Source of the DNA: an uncultured virus (IMG/VR IMGVR_UViG_3300021197_001703)
Taxonomy: Duplodnaviria > Heunggongvirae > Uroviricota > Caudoviricetes
Length of the DNA: 64,000 bases
Strand: one strand, 5' to 3'
Virus record (IMG/VR): IMGVR_UViG_3300021197_001703
Below are positions 1-8,883 of this stretch, piece after piece. Position numbers and translations under genes: made by a program. The notes beneath the pieces are model-generated. The model was not told the DNA's origin. It saw only the letters and a list, made by a program, of their open reading frames with translations, and searched no databases. How positions within the stretch are numbered: position 1 is the stretch's first letter; every line of letters begins with the position of its first letter.

Positions 1-1
1 A

Positions 2-832
2 TATTGTAGTTATGTTGACCAGAGTTATGCTGACTTTGATATTATACTGCCAAGTATAGACAAAATTAATGTTCGCACGATTGCTGAAGCAAAACGTAAC
101 AAAGCCAAAAAATTAGGAACCGCAGAGTACGAAGCACGTAAACTTGCTGGTGAAAAAGTAAAACAAGCAGAGTGTGCCATTGATTATAGAAAAATGGAAA
201 AGAATGAATTAATTTTTAGAATTATGTCATTCGATCATATTCCAGAAGAAAAAGGACGTAAAAAGAATCCAAAGACTGTAGCAGATACAAGAGTTAAGTT
301 AAACTTTCCACCATTCCAACATTTTAAGTTTGATGAAGAAACACAAGAGTTATTGTGTGTTGGTAAAAGTCATTGGGAAGGTGGTATGGAAAACGGTGCG
401 TTTAGTTTGAAGCATGGTAAGACTACTGAAAAACTTGCTCGTATGTGGATGAAACTTTGTGATCGTTATGCAACAAGAGGTAATGTACGTGGATACACAT
501 ACAATGACGAGATGCGTGGACAAGCAATTTTACAATTAACACAAATAGGATTACAGTTTGACGAATCTAAGTCTGCTAATCCATTTGCATATTATACTGC
601 GGCAGTAACTAATTCATTTGTTAGAGTTATTAATATTGAAAAACGTAATCAAAACATTAGAGATGACATTTTAGAAATGAACGACATGACTCCATCATTT
701 ACAAGACAGCAACAAGGTGAATGGGAAAGACAAGTCGAAGACCAAAGAAAAGCAATGGCGAAGCAAGAAGCAGAAAAAGGTATTAAGAAACCATTTGTTC
801 CGCCTACTATTAAAGCCAAGGTGCCGAGATAG
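2..832 (+). CDS. gp55: T4-like late-transcription sigma factor (5'-truncated; the frame is open back to the window start)
   Basis: Motifs YTYNDEMRGQAIL, FDESKSANPFAYYT and NSFVRVINIEK match gp55. There is no stop from nt 2 to the ATG at 194, and the gene is adjacent to gp47/gp46 as in T4-like phages. Confidence 0.88.
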   Translation, partial: YCSYVDQSYADFDIILPSIDKINVRTIAEAKRNKAKKLGTAEYEARKLAGEKVKQAECAIDYRKMEKNELIFRIMSFDHIPEEKGRKKNPKTVADTRVKLNFPPFQHFKFDEETQELLCVGKSHWEGGMENGAFSLKHGKTTEKLARMWMKLCDRYATRGNVRGYTYNDEMRGQAILQLTQIGLQFDESKSANPFAYYTAAVTNSFVRVINIEKRNQNIRDDILEMNDMTPSFTRQQQGEWERQVEDQRKAMAKQEAEKGIKKPFVPPTIKAKVPR

Positions 833-842
833 CCAAATAAGG

Positions 843-871
843 TTGACTTTCATCAACAAATGCAGTACAAT
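843..871 (+). promoter_or_regulatory. sigma70-type (early/host RNAP) promoter for gp47-gp46
   Basis: TTGACT (843-848), 17-nt spacer, TACAAT (866-871), about 30 nt upstream of gp47. Confidence 0.7.
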
Positions 872-902
872 ATAAAGAGTATAGTAATTAGAAGGAAATA
901 TT

Positions 903-1907
903 TTGTTTAAAAAATGTGCAGTATTCACAGATATTCACTTTGGACTAAAGTCCAATTCAGTGGCTCATAATCAGGACTGTGAAGCGTTCGTAGATTGGTA
1001 TATTGAAAAGGCAAAAGCCGAAGGTTGTGAAACAGGCATCTTTATGGGTGACTGGCATCATAATAGAAATAGTCTAAATATTGTTACAATGGATTATTCA
1101 ATCCGTTGTCTTGAAAAACTTGGTAAAGCATTTGAACAGTTTTTTTACTTTCCTGGTAACCATGACTTATATTATAAAGATAAAAGAGATATTCAGAGTG
1201 TTGAGTTTGCAAAGCACATTGACGGTGTAACTGTAATTGATGAAATTACAACAATAGGCGACAGTACTATGGTGCCGTGGCTTGTTGGTGAAGAATGGAA
1301 GAAGATTCCTAAGATTAAAACAAAATATATGTTTGGTCATTTTGAACTTCCTAATTTTTACATGAATGCAATGGTACAAATGCCTGATACAGGTGAATTA
1401 CAATCTAAACATTTTGTACATCAAGATTATGTTTTTAGTGGACACTTTCATAAACGTCAAACACAAGGAAATGTAACATACATTGGTAATGCGTTTCCGC
1501 ACAACTATGCAGATGCATGGGATGATAAACGTGGTATGATGACGTTAGAACATGGCGGAGAACCACAATACATTGATTGGACAGATTGTCCTAAGTATAG
1601 AACTGTAAAACTAAGTCAACTAATTGATGAAAAAGACTCATTGCTAAAAAGTAAAATGTATCTAAGAGTTACACTTGATATTAACATTAGTTACGAAGAA
1701 GCAAGTTTTATCAAAGAAGAATTTATGAGGAACTACAGTTGTAGAGAACTTACATTAATTCCAAGTCAGCAAGATGACGAAATAAACAGTGACATTGACA
1801 TTACAAAATTTGAAAGTGTAGATCAAATTGTTGCAGAAGAAATTAATGCTATTGATTCAGAGAATTACAATAAGCAAACACTACTAAACATTTACAACGA
1901 GTTATAG
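903..1907 (+). CDS. gp47: Recombination endonuclease subunit, Mre11/SbcD-like metallophosphoesterase
   Basis: DIHFG, GDWHH, GNHD, GHFE and SGHFH phosphoesterase motifs; TTG start. Confidence 0.95.
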   Translation: MFKKCAVFTDIHFGLKSNSVAHNQDCEAFVDWYIEKAKAEGCETGIFMGDWHHNRNSLNIVTMDYSIRCLEKLGKAFEQFFYFPGNHDLYYKDKRDIQSVEFAKHIDGVTVIDEITTIGDSTMVPWLVGEEWKKIPKIKTKYMFGHFELPNFYMNAMVQMPDTGELQSKHFVHQDYVFSGHFHKRQTQGNVTYIGNAFPHNYADAWDDKRGMMTLEHGGEPQYIDWTDCPKYRTVKLSQLIDEKDSLLKSKMYLRVTLDINISYEEASFIKEEFMRNYSCRELTLIPSQQDDEINSDIDITKFESVDQIVAEEINAIDSENYNKQTLLNIYNEL

Positions 1908-1908
1908 A

Positions 1909-3681
1909 ATGATATTAATTAAAGACCTAACAGTAAAGAACTTTATGAGTGTGGGTAATCAGACTCAAGCAGTTAACTTTAATAATAAGCAATTAACCTT
2001 AGTCCTTGGAGAAAACTTAGATCAAGGTGGTGACGACAGTGGGTCACGTAACGGTACAGGTAAGACCACAATCATTAATGCATTATCTTACGCATTGTAT
2101 GGTGTGGCACTAACTAACATTAAACGCAATAACCTTATCAATAAAACAAATGGTAAAGGTATGCTTGTTACTCTTAACTTTGAAAAGGCAGGAGTAAATT
2201 ATCGCATTGAAAGAGGACGTGGTCCTAACTTATTAAAGTTTTTCATTGACGATCAAGAACAAGACATTGAGGATATGAGTCAAGGAGATAGTCGTAAGAC
2301 TCAAGCAGACATTGGCGAACTACTACAAATGAGTCATACAATGTTTAAGCACTTGGTTGCATTAAACACATATACTGAACCTTTCTTAAGTCTAAAAGCA
2401 AACGATCAACGTGAAATCATTGAACAGTTACTTGGTATTACTATACTTTCTGAGAAGGCAGAAGAATTAAAAGTAAAACAAAAAGAAATTCGTGACGCTA
2501 TTACAGAAGAAACTGCACGTATTAATGCTATACAAACAAGTAATGATAAGATAGGCGAAACTATTAACAGTTTGCAAATTAAAAGTACTGCTTGGAAAAC
2601 ACAAAATGCAAAAGACTGTGAACGCTTACAATCAGGCATTGATGAATTAGAACACTTAGACATTGAACAAGAACTTTCTAATCATGAATTACTTTCTAAG
2701 TGGGAAGAAATTGATACTTCGAGAAGAAACTTAACTAAAGAAAAAGCAACACTTGAAAGTGCATTATCACAAACAGATAAACAGGTTGCAAAAGCAAGTG
2801 GAGAACTTGAACATATTGATGAAGCAAAATGTCATGCTTGTGGACAAGACTTGCCAGAAGAAAAGATTGACGAAATACAAAAGAAATTAGAAGAAGAATA
2901 TGCTGATACAATGTCTTACTTAATGGAGATTGATGCAAAGTTTCAAAAGGTACAGGCTAAACTTGCTGAGTTAGGCGAAGAACAAACAAAGCCAAACACA
3001 TTTTATGAAACTGCAAAAGAAGCATATGAACACCGAAGCAATGTTGACAATTTAAAATCAGCACTTGGTGCAAAGGAAACAGAAACAGATCCTTACGTTG
3101 ATCAAATTGACGAACTAAACAATAGTGCTATTCAAGAAGTTGATTGGGATTCAGTTAACGATCTAACTTCAATGAAAGAACATCAAGACTTCTTGTACAA
3201 ACTGTTAACAAATAAAGATAGTTTTATTCGTAAAAAAATTATTGAACAAAACCTTGCATATCTAAACAATAGGTTAACAAATTATTTAGACAAGATAGGA
3301 TTACCGCACAGTGTTGTATTCCAAAACGATTTAACAGTATTAATTACACAACTTGGTCAAGACTTAGACTTTGACAACTTGAGTAGAGGTGAACGTAATA
3401 GACTTATACTTGGCATGAGTTTTGCATTCCGTGATGTATGGGAAAGTTTATATCAGAATATTAACTTGATGTTCATTGATGAGTTAATTGACAGTGGAAT
3501 GGATACTGCAGGTGTTGAACAAAGTCTTGCAATCCTTAAGAAGATGGGTAGAGAACGTAAAAAGAATATCTATCTAATATCACACAAAGACGAATTACAA
3601 GGTCGTGTGCAGAATGTACTTAAGGTTGTAAAAGAGAATGGCTTTACATCATACGCAAACGATATTGATATAGTACAATGA
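1909..3681 (+). CDS. gp46: Recombination endonuclease subunit, Rad50/SbcC-like ATPase
   Basis: Walker A NGTGKTT, coiled coil with CHAC zinc hook, LSRGE signature, Walker B MFIDE, ISH H-loop. Confidence 0.95.
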   Translation: MILIKDLTVKNFMSVGNQTQAVNFNNKQLTLVLGENLDQGGDDSGSRNGTGKTTIINALSYALYGVALTNIKRNNLINKTNGKGMLVTLNFEKAGVNYRIERGRGPNLLKFFIDDQEQDIEDMSQGDSRKTQADIGELLQMSHTMFKHLVALNTYTEPFLSLKANDQREIIEQLLGITILSEKAEELKVKQKEIRDAITEETARINAIQTSNDKIGETINSLQIKSTAWKTQNAKDCERLQSGIDELEHLDIEQELSNHELLSKWEEIDTSRRNLTKEKATLESALSQTDKQVAKASGELEHIDEAKCHACGQDLPEEKIDEIQKKLEEEYADTMSYLMEIDAKFQKVQAKLAELGEEQTKPNTFYETAKEAYEHRSNVDNLKSALGAKETETDPYVDQIDELNNSAIQEVDWDSVNDLTSMKEHQDFLYKLLTNKDSFIRKKIIEQNLAYLNNRLTNYLDKIGLPHSVVFQNDLTVLITQLGQDLDFDNLSRGERNRLILGMSFAFRDVWESLYQNINLMFIDELIDSGMDTAGVEQSLAILKKMGRERKKNIYLISHKDELQGRVQNVLKVVKENGFTSYANDIDIVQ

Positions 3682-3887
3682 GCATTGAAGACGATACACA
3701 TGACAAGTTAACCAAGGCATACTTGGAATATTACAAAGAACTTGCATTATACCAGAAGCACGGTGGAGAACGCACTATGCAATCAAGCCGGAAATGGCTT
3801 AGAGAGATACGTAGCCTTGCTAAAATACGTATGGACGAGATTAAATCCGACTTTGATGCCAAGAAAGAGGCGAGGAAAAGATCGTAA
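3678..3887 (+). CDS. Small hypothetical protein
   Basis: 69-aa ORF coupled to gp46 by an ATGA overlap. Confidence 0.7.
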   Translation: MSIEDDTHDKLTKAYLEYYKELALYQKHGGERTMQSSRKWLREIRSLAKIRMDEIKSDFDAKKEARKRS

Positions 3888-3901
3888 CAGTAAGTAAGTT
3901 C

Positions 3902-4324
3902 ATGCAGTGGACTTATAAAAGCAAAGAAGTAAAAGAAATCCCAGAAGACGTAGAAGGATTTGTGTACATAATCACAAATCTTACTAATAATAAAAAGTAC
4001 ATAGGCAAGAAATTAGCAAAATTTAAGACCACTAAACCACCACTTAAAGGCCGGAAGAACAAACGCAGAGGTTACAAAGAGTCAGATTGGCGTGACTACT
4101 GGGGAAGTTCAGACAAACTCAACGAAGACGTACAAGCATTAGGCACTGATAAATTCACAAGAGAGATACTTTACTATTGTAACAGTAGAGGCTTGATGAG
4201 TTACCTTGAGGCAAGAGAACAATTTGAACGCCGTGTGTTAGAGAGCGACGAATATTACAACGGTATTATTAATGTTAGAGTTGGCGGTTCAAAAATTCTC
4301 CGAGAAGCACTAAACAAACTATAG
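3902..4324 (+). CDS. Short GIY-YIG family endonuclease (catalytic domain only)
   Basis: GFVYIITN...KKYIGKK, YWGSS, LEAREQ and YYNG motifs; 140 aa with a Lys/Arg-rich insert. Confidence 0.85.
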   Translation: MQWTYKSKEVKEIPEDVEGFVYIITNLTNNKKYIGKKLAKFKTTKPPLKGRKNKRRGYKESDWRDYWGSSDKLNEDVQALGTDKFTREILYYCNSRGLMSYLEAREQFERRVLESDEYYNGIINVRVGGSKILREALNKL

Positions 4325-4334
4325 GCTATATACA

Positions 4335-4730
4335 GCACATAAGGTTAGCAGGCCAGTATAATATACTGCTGAGCAAAAGGTCCCGTGATAAGGACACTCG
4401 TACATATTGATCGACTACCCAGAGGTAGGAAGCCAACAAACAAATTGGGCTCACTGGTTGATATAGATTGAATGCTGTCAATCGAAAAACACAAACACAG
4501 TACATAAAAACTCTTTAGCAATAGGAACGAAGCGAGAGGTAGTTGGAAACAACGATGTCGACGTAGGTTGGGAAAGGTCAGAGCCCATTGTACTTTGTGT
4601 ATAAACAATTACCTATTTCCAAGTCTTGGCTGTGACGAGCTCACATGATGTTCAAGATTAGATGGAACCCTTAAACAGGTTCCGTCTGACTGAAACAATC
4701 TACATGATGCTAAATTGCTTCGCAATTATT
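4335..4730 (+). ncRNA. Candidate large structured non-coding RNA (family not recognised; strand inferred)
   Basis: Many hairpins (4354-4368, 4380-4395, 4415-4428, 4466-4483, 4542-4553 with GAAA loop, 4658-4689, 4713-4727) plus long-range pairs 4431-4436/4626-4631, 4446-4452/4581-4587 and 4489-4504/4589-4600. No credible ORF. Confidence 0.6.
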
Positions 4731-4752
4731 ATATCATTAATTAAAAGATATA

Positions 4753-4795
4753 ATGTTTGAGCGTTAGCGAAAACATAGTTGCTCAAAGAGCAACT
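4753..4795. other. Two adjacent inverted repeats (possible terminator or DNA structure element)
   Basis: ATGTTT..AAACAT (4753-4776) and AGTTGCTC-AAA-GAGCAACT (4777-4795), between convergent units. Confidence 0.45.
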
Positions 4796-4831
4796 TATAG
4801 CATTTTAATATGTTTCAGTATTCAAACAGTT

Positions 4832-5014
4832 CTAATCGTATAAATCAGGATCGCGTCCTAATCCACTTGGTCTTTCCGGATGTACTTCGAGTACAATATA
4901 CTCTTCATCTGGTTTCACATCGTTTAATTGTTGTACCGTTTGATATGCTTCACTCTGCGAAAGTGCGGATATGACTGCATTTTTAGGAACAACTACAAAT
5001 TTTGTCTCTGCCAT
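4832..5014 (-). CDS. Small hypothetical protein
   Basis: 60-aa ORF filling an otherwise empty interval; TAAATA on the minus strand just upstream. Confidence 0.55.
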   Translation of the reverse strand: MAETKFVVVPKNAVISALSQSEAYQTVQQLNDVKPDEEYIVLEVHPERPSGLGRDPDLYD

Positions 5015-5043
5015 CGTAAGATTATTTAAAAGAATCTGATCGG

Positions 5044-5051
5044 AATAAATA
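5044..5051 (+). promoter_or_regulatory. gp55-dependent late promoter (AATAAATA)
   Basis: Resembles T4 TATAAATA; about 30 nt upstream of the ATG at 5079. Confidence 0.65.
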
Positions 5052-5078
5052 GTTATAGTTAAAACAAAGGACTAATTC

Positions 5079-5882
5079 ATGAAAGTTACACACATTGTTG
5101 CTGAATCTACTAAAAAACCTGTTTCCGAGGCGCCTGCATCAGGCTTAGCACAGTTTGGCAAGAAGGTTCTTGCTAAAACAGCCGCAAAAGTAGGTGCAAG
5201 AGATTTCGCGGCAGGCGTTGCAGGCAACGTTGACACAGGTGCTGAAGCAAACGAATTACGTACAGCATGGCAAAATCATCAGGGTGCTACCGGCGGTAGT
5301 ATGAAGGCTAATGATCCTGTAGAGTTCAAGAATTGGTTAATGCAGAACGGATTTAAAGACAAAGGTCCAATTATTGATAAAGCAATCGCTGACGCAAGTG
5401 GTGCTGGCAAAGGTGCAGTTGCACCAGGCGATGTTGTTACAAGTGCAACAGGACAAAAAGTATTAGCAGGTATCGACGGTAAGGCTACTATGATCAAACC
5501 TGATGATGAAAAAGGCAAAGCAGAAATTGTAGCGTTGGCTAAGAAAAAAGGTATCAAGACTGCTGGAGGAGCAAAAGCACCCGGTGGACCATTTAATAAG
5601 AAAGTGCTTGATGCCGCATTATTACAAATAGTAAAAAATTCTAAAAAAGCGTCACCACAAGGGGATGGTGCAGATCAAACAGCCGCAAAAGCACAAGCAA
5701 GTGCAGGTCAAACAACTTCAAAAACACCAGCAGTAAAAGATCCATTACAAGGCGGAGCAGGTGGTGGAATTCCAAAAGGAATACAGGATCAATTAGATCA
5801 ACTTACACCGAGCGAGAGAGATTATTTAATGGCTACACTTGGTAAAGGCGGTGCACCAAAAGGCGCAGGAGCAACAGCATAA
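5079..5882 (+). CDS. Hypothetical Ala/Gly/Lys-rich protein, probable internal head protein
   Basis: 267 aa, late promoter, N-terminal MKVTHIVAE with possible protease-type (I/L/V)xE sites. Confidence 0.6.
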   Translation: MKVTHIVAESTKKPVSEAPASGLAQFGKKVLAKTAAKVGARDFAAGVAGNVDTGAEANELRTAWQNHQGATGGSMKANDPVEFKNWLMQNGFKDKGPIIDKAIADASGAGKGAVAPGDVVTSATGQKVLAGIDGKATMIKPDDEKGKAEIVALAKKKGIKTAGGAKAPGGPFNKKVLDAALLQIVKNSKKASPQGDGADQTAAKAQASAGQTTSKTPAVKDPLQGGAGGGIPKGIQDQLDQLTPSERDYLMATLGKGGAPKGAGATA

Positions 5883-5883
5883 C

Positions 5884-8649
5884 ATGAAACTTAATGAAGT
5901 AACAGCATACGATCTTAAATCACAAGCAATATTAACAGAATCTCAGTCATGGGAACTGTTAACTGAACAACAAAAAATCTATGTTGGTTCATGGGAAAAG
6001 AATGTTTGGCCATTAGTTGAGCAGTACAGCAACTTAATGGAAGCCGATCTTAAACCTGACGAAATACAGAAAATATTTACACAGGCTGAAAAAGTATCAA
6101 TTGAAGGTGGTGAGAATTTAACAGCATTAGGTAAAGCAGGTAAAGTAACTGCTGAAGTTTCAGGTAAGATGAAAACTGAAATTGACAAGTTAATGGATGC
6201 CGCGGCAAATAGCGGACCTGTTAAAAACTTTGATGCACAGTTTGAAAAACTAAAAACACAATTAAAGACCAAAGTAAAAGATATGCCCGGCGGTCAAAAA
6301 ATTATTGCAGGAGTTGACAAGTGGGGCGGATTTGCAAAAGACAATCCAGCCAAGAGTGCATTTATTATTGGTGCAATGACATCGGTACTTGCATTTGCAA
6401 GTGGTGGTATTTTAAGTGGTGCCGCAATTGGTTTCTTCTTAAAGTTAGCAAACAACACTATTAAGGGCGATAAACTATCAACAGCAGTTGCTAAAGGTGT
6501 TAAAGGCGCGGCAATTGGTGCTATTGCAGGTGCATTGGGCGATGCTATATCAGGAACAGCAGAAGATATGTTCCCAGCAGAGATTACACAAACATTTATG
6601 ACTACCAATGGCGAGATAGATATAACAGAACTAACAGCCATGGGTGCAGACAGTATTGAAGACTTAGATTCTGAAGCAGTTAAAGAACTTATTCAAACAC
6701 GTACAGCAATGATACAGATGATGCCTAAGTTAGACGCTGAAGCATCGGCAGTATTAGATAAACAGTTAGACGCATTAAACGATAAAATATTCGAACTTGA
6801 ACCAGATGGTAAAAATGTAAAACAAGCAATTGACAATCTTCAAACTAAATTTAACATTGAAGGTGAAGGTATTGACGTTGTTGTAAAACAAAACACTACA
6901 GGTGACGCAGAAGTTACTTTAGCAGATCCAGATAAGTTAGGTGATGAAGGCGACTACGGTTCAGGACCTGAGCAAGATGTAGGTGGTACTGGCAAAGACA
7001 CAGTTGACACAACAAGTACTGCTGACCCAGACGGAGATGTAGGTGTTAGAGGAACTGTAAAAGCACAGTATAGCAAAGAAGAAATGAACGAACTTGGTAT
7101 GGACACAAGTGAACAACCAACAAGTACAGGAATTGCTAAACTTGGTGACGAATTTGAGTTAAGTCCAGAACAAGTTGAAAAACTTCAATCAGTTTATCAA
7201 ATGGAAAAAGCAGTTACAAATAGAGAATTTATGGGCATAAGAATGTCCGCTGACACTTCAATAAAAGATTTTGGAGGTGGTACACCACAAGTAGTTGACG
7301 GACTTGAAGGCGAATATACAGCAGGGTCAACATTTAAAAAGACAATTGAAATACAAATTCCAGGTGCAGACAAACCATGGACGTCATTAGTGTCAGGTTC
7401 AGTTGAAGGTGTAGACGCAGAAGGAAATATTGTTTATTCAATGTCTAAAGTGTTTGTAGGTCCGGAAGTAATGGACAGTGAATTCTGGGCAATCATTGAT
7501 TCACTACCAGAAGACCAACAAGACAAAATGATGGAAATGTTTGACCTATATAAAGAAACAGCAGAGTTAGAAACAGGCATTGATACATTCAAGCAAGACA
7601 TGGCTGAAAAAATTATGCAAGGTGCGGCGGCAGTTGCACTTGGTGGAGCATTAGCCAAATCAGAATATGTAGAAAAAGGTGCAAAGAAAGAATCAAAAGT
7701 TTACAAAAGTGCAGAACAGTTAGAAGAACAATACTTTTACGAGTTAGAAGATTACATTCTTAATGAAATAGACATTAAACAAATGGCTAAGAAAGCCGCG
7801 GCAGGTGCGGCAAACATAGGTAAAGCGGCGGCTAAAGGTACAGGTAAAGCAGTAGGCGCTGGCTTAGACAAAGCAGGTGCAGTAGCAAACAAAGGTCTTG
7901 GCAAAGCAGTAGGTGCAGTTTCGGGTGCGGCTAAAAAAGCAGGTAAAGAATTAGGACAGAAAGTTACAACACGTAAACTTAATAAGGCTTGGACAAAAGC
8001 AGGTGAACCTACAGACACTGGATCTATTACTAATATACTTTCAGCACAAGGATTAAGCGATGAGCAGATCGGTACAGTTGCTAAAGATACAGGGCAACCT
8101 CTTAAGAAAGATCCAAACGCCGGTGGACAAGATCCAGAAGGCGAAACTGGTAGCACAGCAAGTTCGGGCGGTGTTAAAGGTGGTAAAAATGATAAAGCAA
8201 AATCAAGTCCAGACCCTAAATTAGACAAAGACGGTGACGGAATAGCAGACGGAAATAGTGCATCAACACTACAAGGCAAGTCTTCCGGAGATCCAGAAAA
8301 TGACGGACCGTTTAACATGAAAGGTAATCCACCAACAGGAACTAACGCAGGTTTAGAAAAAGATGATTATGTGTGGAAAGGCTCACAGTGGGTTAGTACA
8401 TCTACAGGTAAAGTTGCAGATAAGGGAACTGCGGCAAAACTTGGTAATCCTAAAATAAACGAATTAATACGTGAGATTCAAAAAGCAAAAGTTGAAAAAC
8501 TTGTTATAGATTATCTTGCAGGATCGGATAAGAAAGCACCAGCGGCTAAACCAAAAGTTACAAAATCAATGACTTCTAAAGCGGCTAAGAACACACCAGC
8601 ACCAGCACCAGGCGAAGCAGGTGGTAAGTACGCCTCAATTCAAAACTAA
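5884..8649 (+). CDS. Large hypothetical protein, probable internal head/ejection protein
   Basis: Likely start is the ATG at 5884 (MKLNEV), 1 nt after the upstream stop. Contains a hydrophobic/Gly-zipper segment and LTE/LNE sites. Confidence 0.6.
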   Translation: MKLNEVTAYDLKSQAILTESQSWELLTEQQKIYVGSWEKNVWPLVEQYSNLMEADLKPDEIQKIFTQAEKVSIEGGENLTALGKAGKVTAEVSGKMKTEIDKLMDAAANSGPVKNFDAQFEKLKTQLKTKVKDMPGGQKIIAGVDKWGGFAKDNPAKSAFIIGAMTSVLAFASGGILSGAAIGFFLKLANNTIKGDKLSTAVAKGVKGAAIGAIAGALGDAISGTAEDMFPAEITQTFMTTNGEIDITELTAMGADSIEDLDSEAVKELIQTRTAMIQMMPKLDAEASAVLDKQLDALNDKIFELEPDGKNVKQAIDNLQTKFNIEGEGIDVVVKQNTTGDAEVTLADPDKLGDEGDYGSGPEQDVGGTGKDTVDTTSTADPDGDVGVRGTVKAQYSKEEMNELGMDTSEQPTSTGIAKLGDEFELSPEQVEKLQSVYQMEKAVTNREFMGIRMSADTSIKDFGGGTPQVVDGLEGEYTAGSTFKKTIEIQIPGADKPWTSLVSGSVEGVDAEGNIVYSMSKVFVGPEVMDSEFWAIIDSLPEDQQDKMMEMFDLYKETAELETGIDTFKQDMAEKIMQGAAAVALGGALAKSEYVEKGAKKESKVYKSAEQLEEQYFYELEDYILNEIDIKQMAKKAAAGAANIGKAAAKGTGKAVGAGLDKAGAVANKGLGKAVGAVSGAAKKAGKELGQKVTTRKLNKAWTKAGEPTDTGSITNILSAQGLSDEQIGTVAKDTGQPLKKDPNAGGQDPEGETGSTASSGGVKGGKNDKAKSSPDPKLDKDGDGIADGNSASTLQGKSSGDPENDGPFNMKGNPPTGTNAGLEKDDYVWKGSQWVSTSTGKVADKGTAAKLGNPKINELIREIQKAKVEKLVIDYLAGSDKKAPAAKPKVTKSMTSKAAKNTPAPAPGEAGGKYASIQN

Positions 8650-8652
8650 TAA

Positions 8653-8883
8653 TTAAAAGAACGGCAATCCGGACTTCTTAGTAGTTTCCATATTATCTTC
8701 TACGATTTTTTTGACCATGTCTCGGTCTTCAGGACCCATTTCATATGCTTCAGATAGAGTCACTCCACCACGCATATACCAAACAAGTTTAAGAATATTG
8801 TGTCTTAGTTCTTTGGCTGAGTTTTCAAGATCAGTAACTTCTTTCTGGATTTTGTCAAGAGGCCACTGTGCTATTTGCGTACG
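8653..8883 (-). CDS. gp51-like C-terminal module, predicted -1 frameshift extension of the upstream gp26-like gene
   Basis: 76-codon open frame (RTQIAQWPLDK...WYMRGGVTLSEAYEM...SGLPFF*) missing from the ORF track. Its first ATG is at 8775, and it begins at the slippery sequence A AAT TTT TTC (8892-8883). Confidence 0.7.
   Translation of the reverse strand, partial: RTQIAQWPLDKIQKEVTDLENSAKELRHNILKLVWYMRGGVTLSEAYEMGPEDRDMVKKIVEDNMETTKKSGLPFF

Noticed and set aside
4345..4608. 87-aa minus-strand ORF in the structured region
   Set aside because: Atypical composition and no RBS; the region is better explained by RNA secondary structure
4640..4710. TIGR-like or CRISPR-like array suggested by the repeated ACATGATG and CTGA
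   Set aside because: Only two copies, no periodic repeat-spacer structure, and no Nop-domain or Cas gene in the window
4335..4730. Group I/II intron, RNase P, tmRNA or hammerhead identity for the structured element
   Set aside because: No interrupted gene flanks it, and I could not find group I P7 (R/S) elements, a group II domain V, GAGGAAAGUCC, a tRNA-like end or a CUGANGA/GAAA core
5839..5883. Upstream start given for the 936-aa ORF
   Set aside because: It overlaps the previous gene; the ATG at 5884 follows the stop directly and gives a typical MKLNE start
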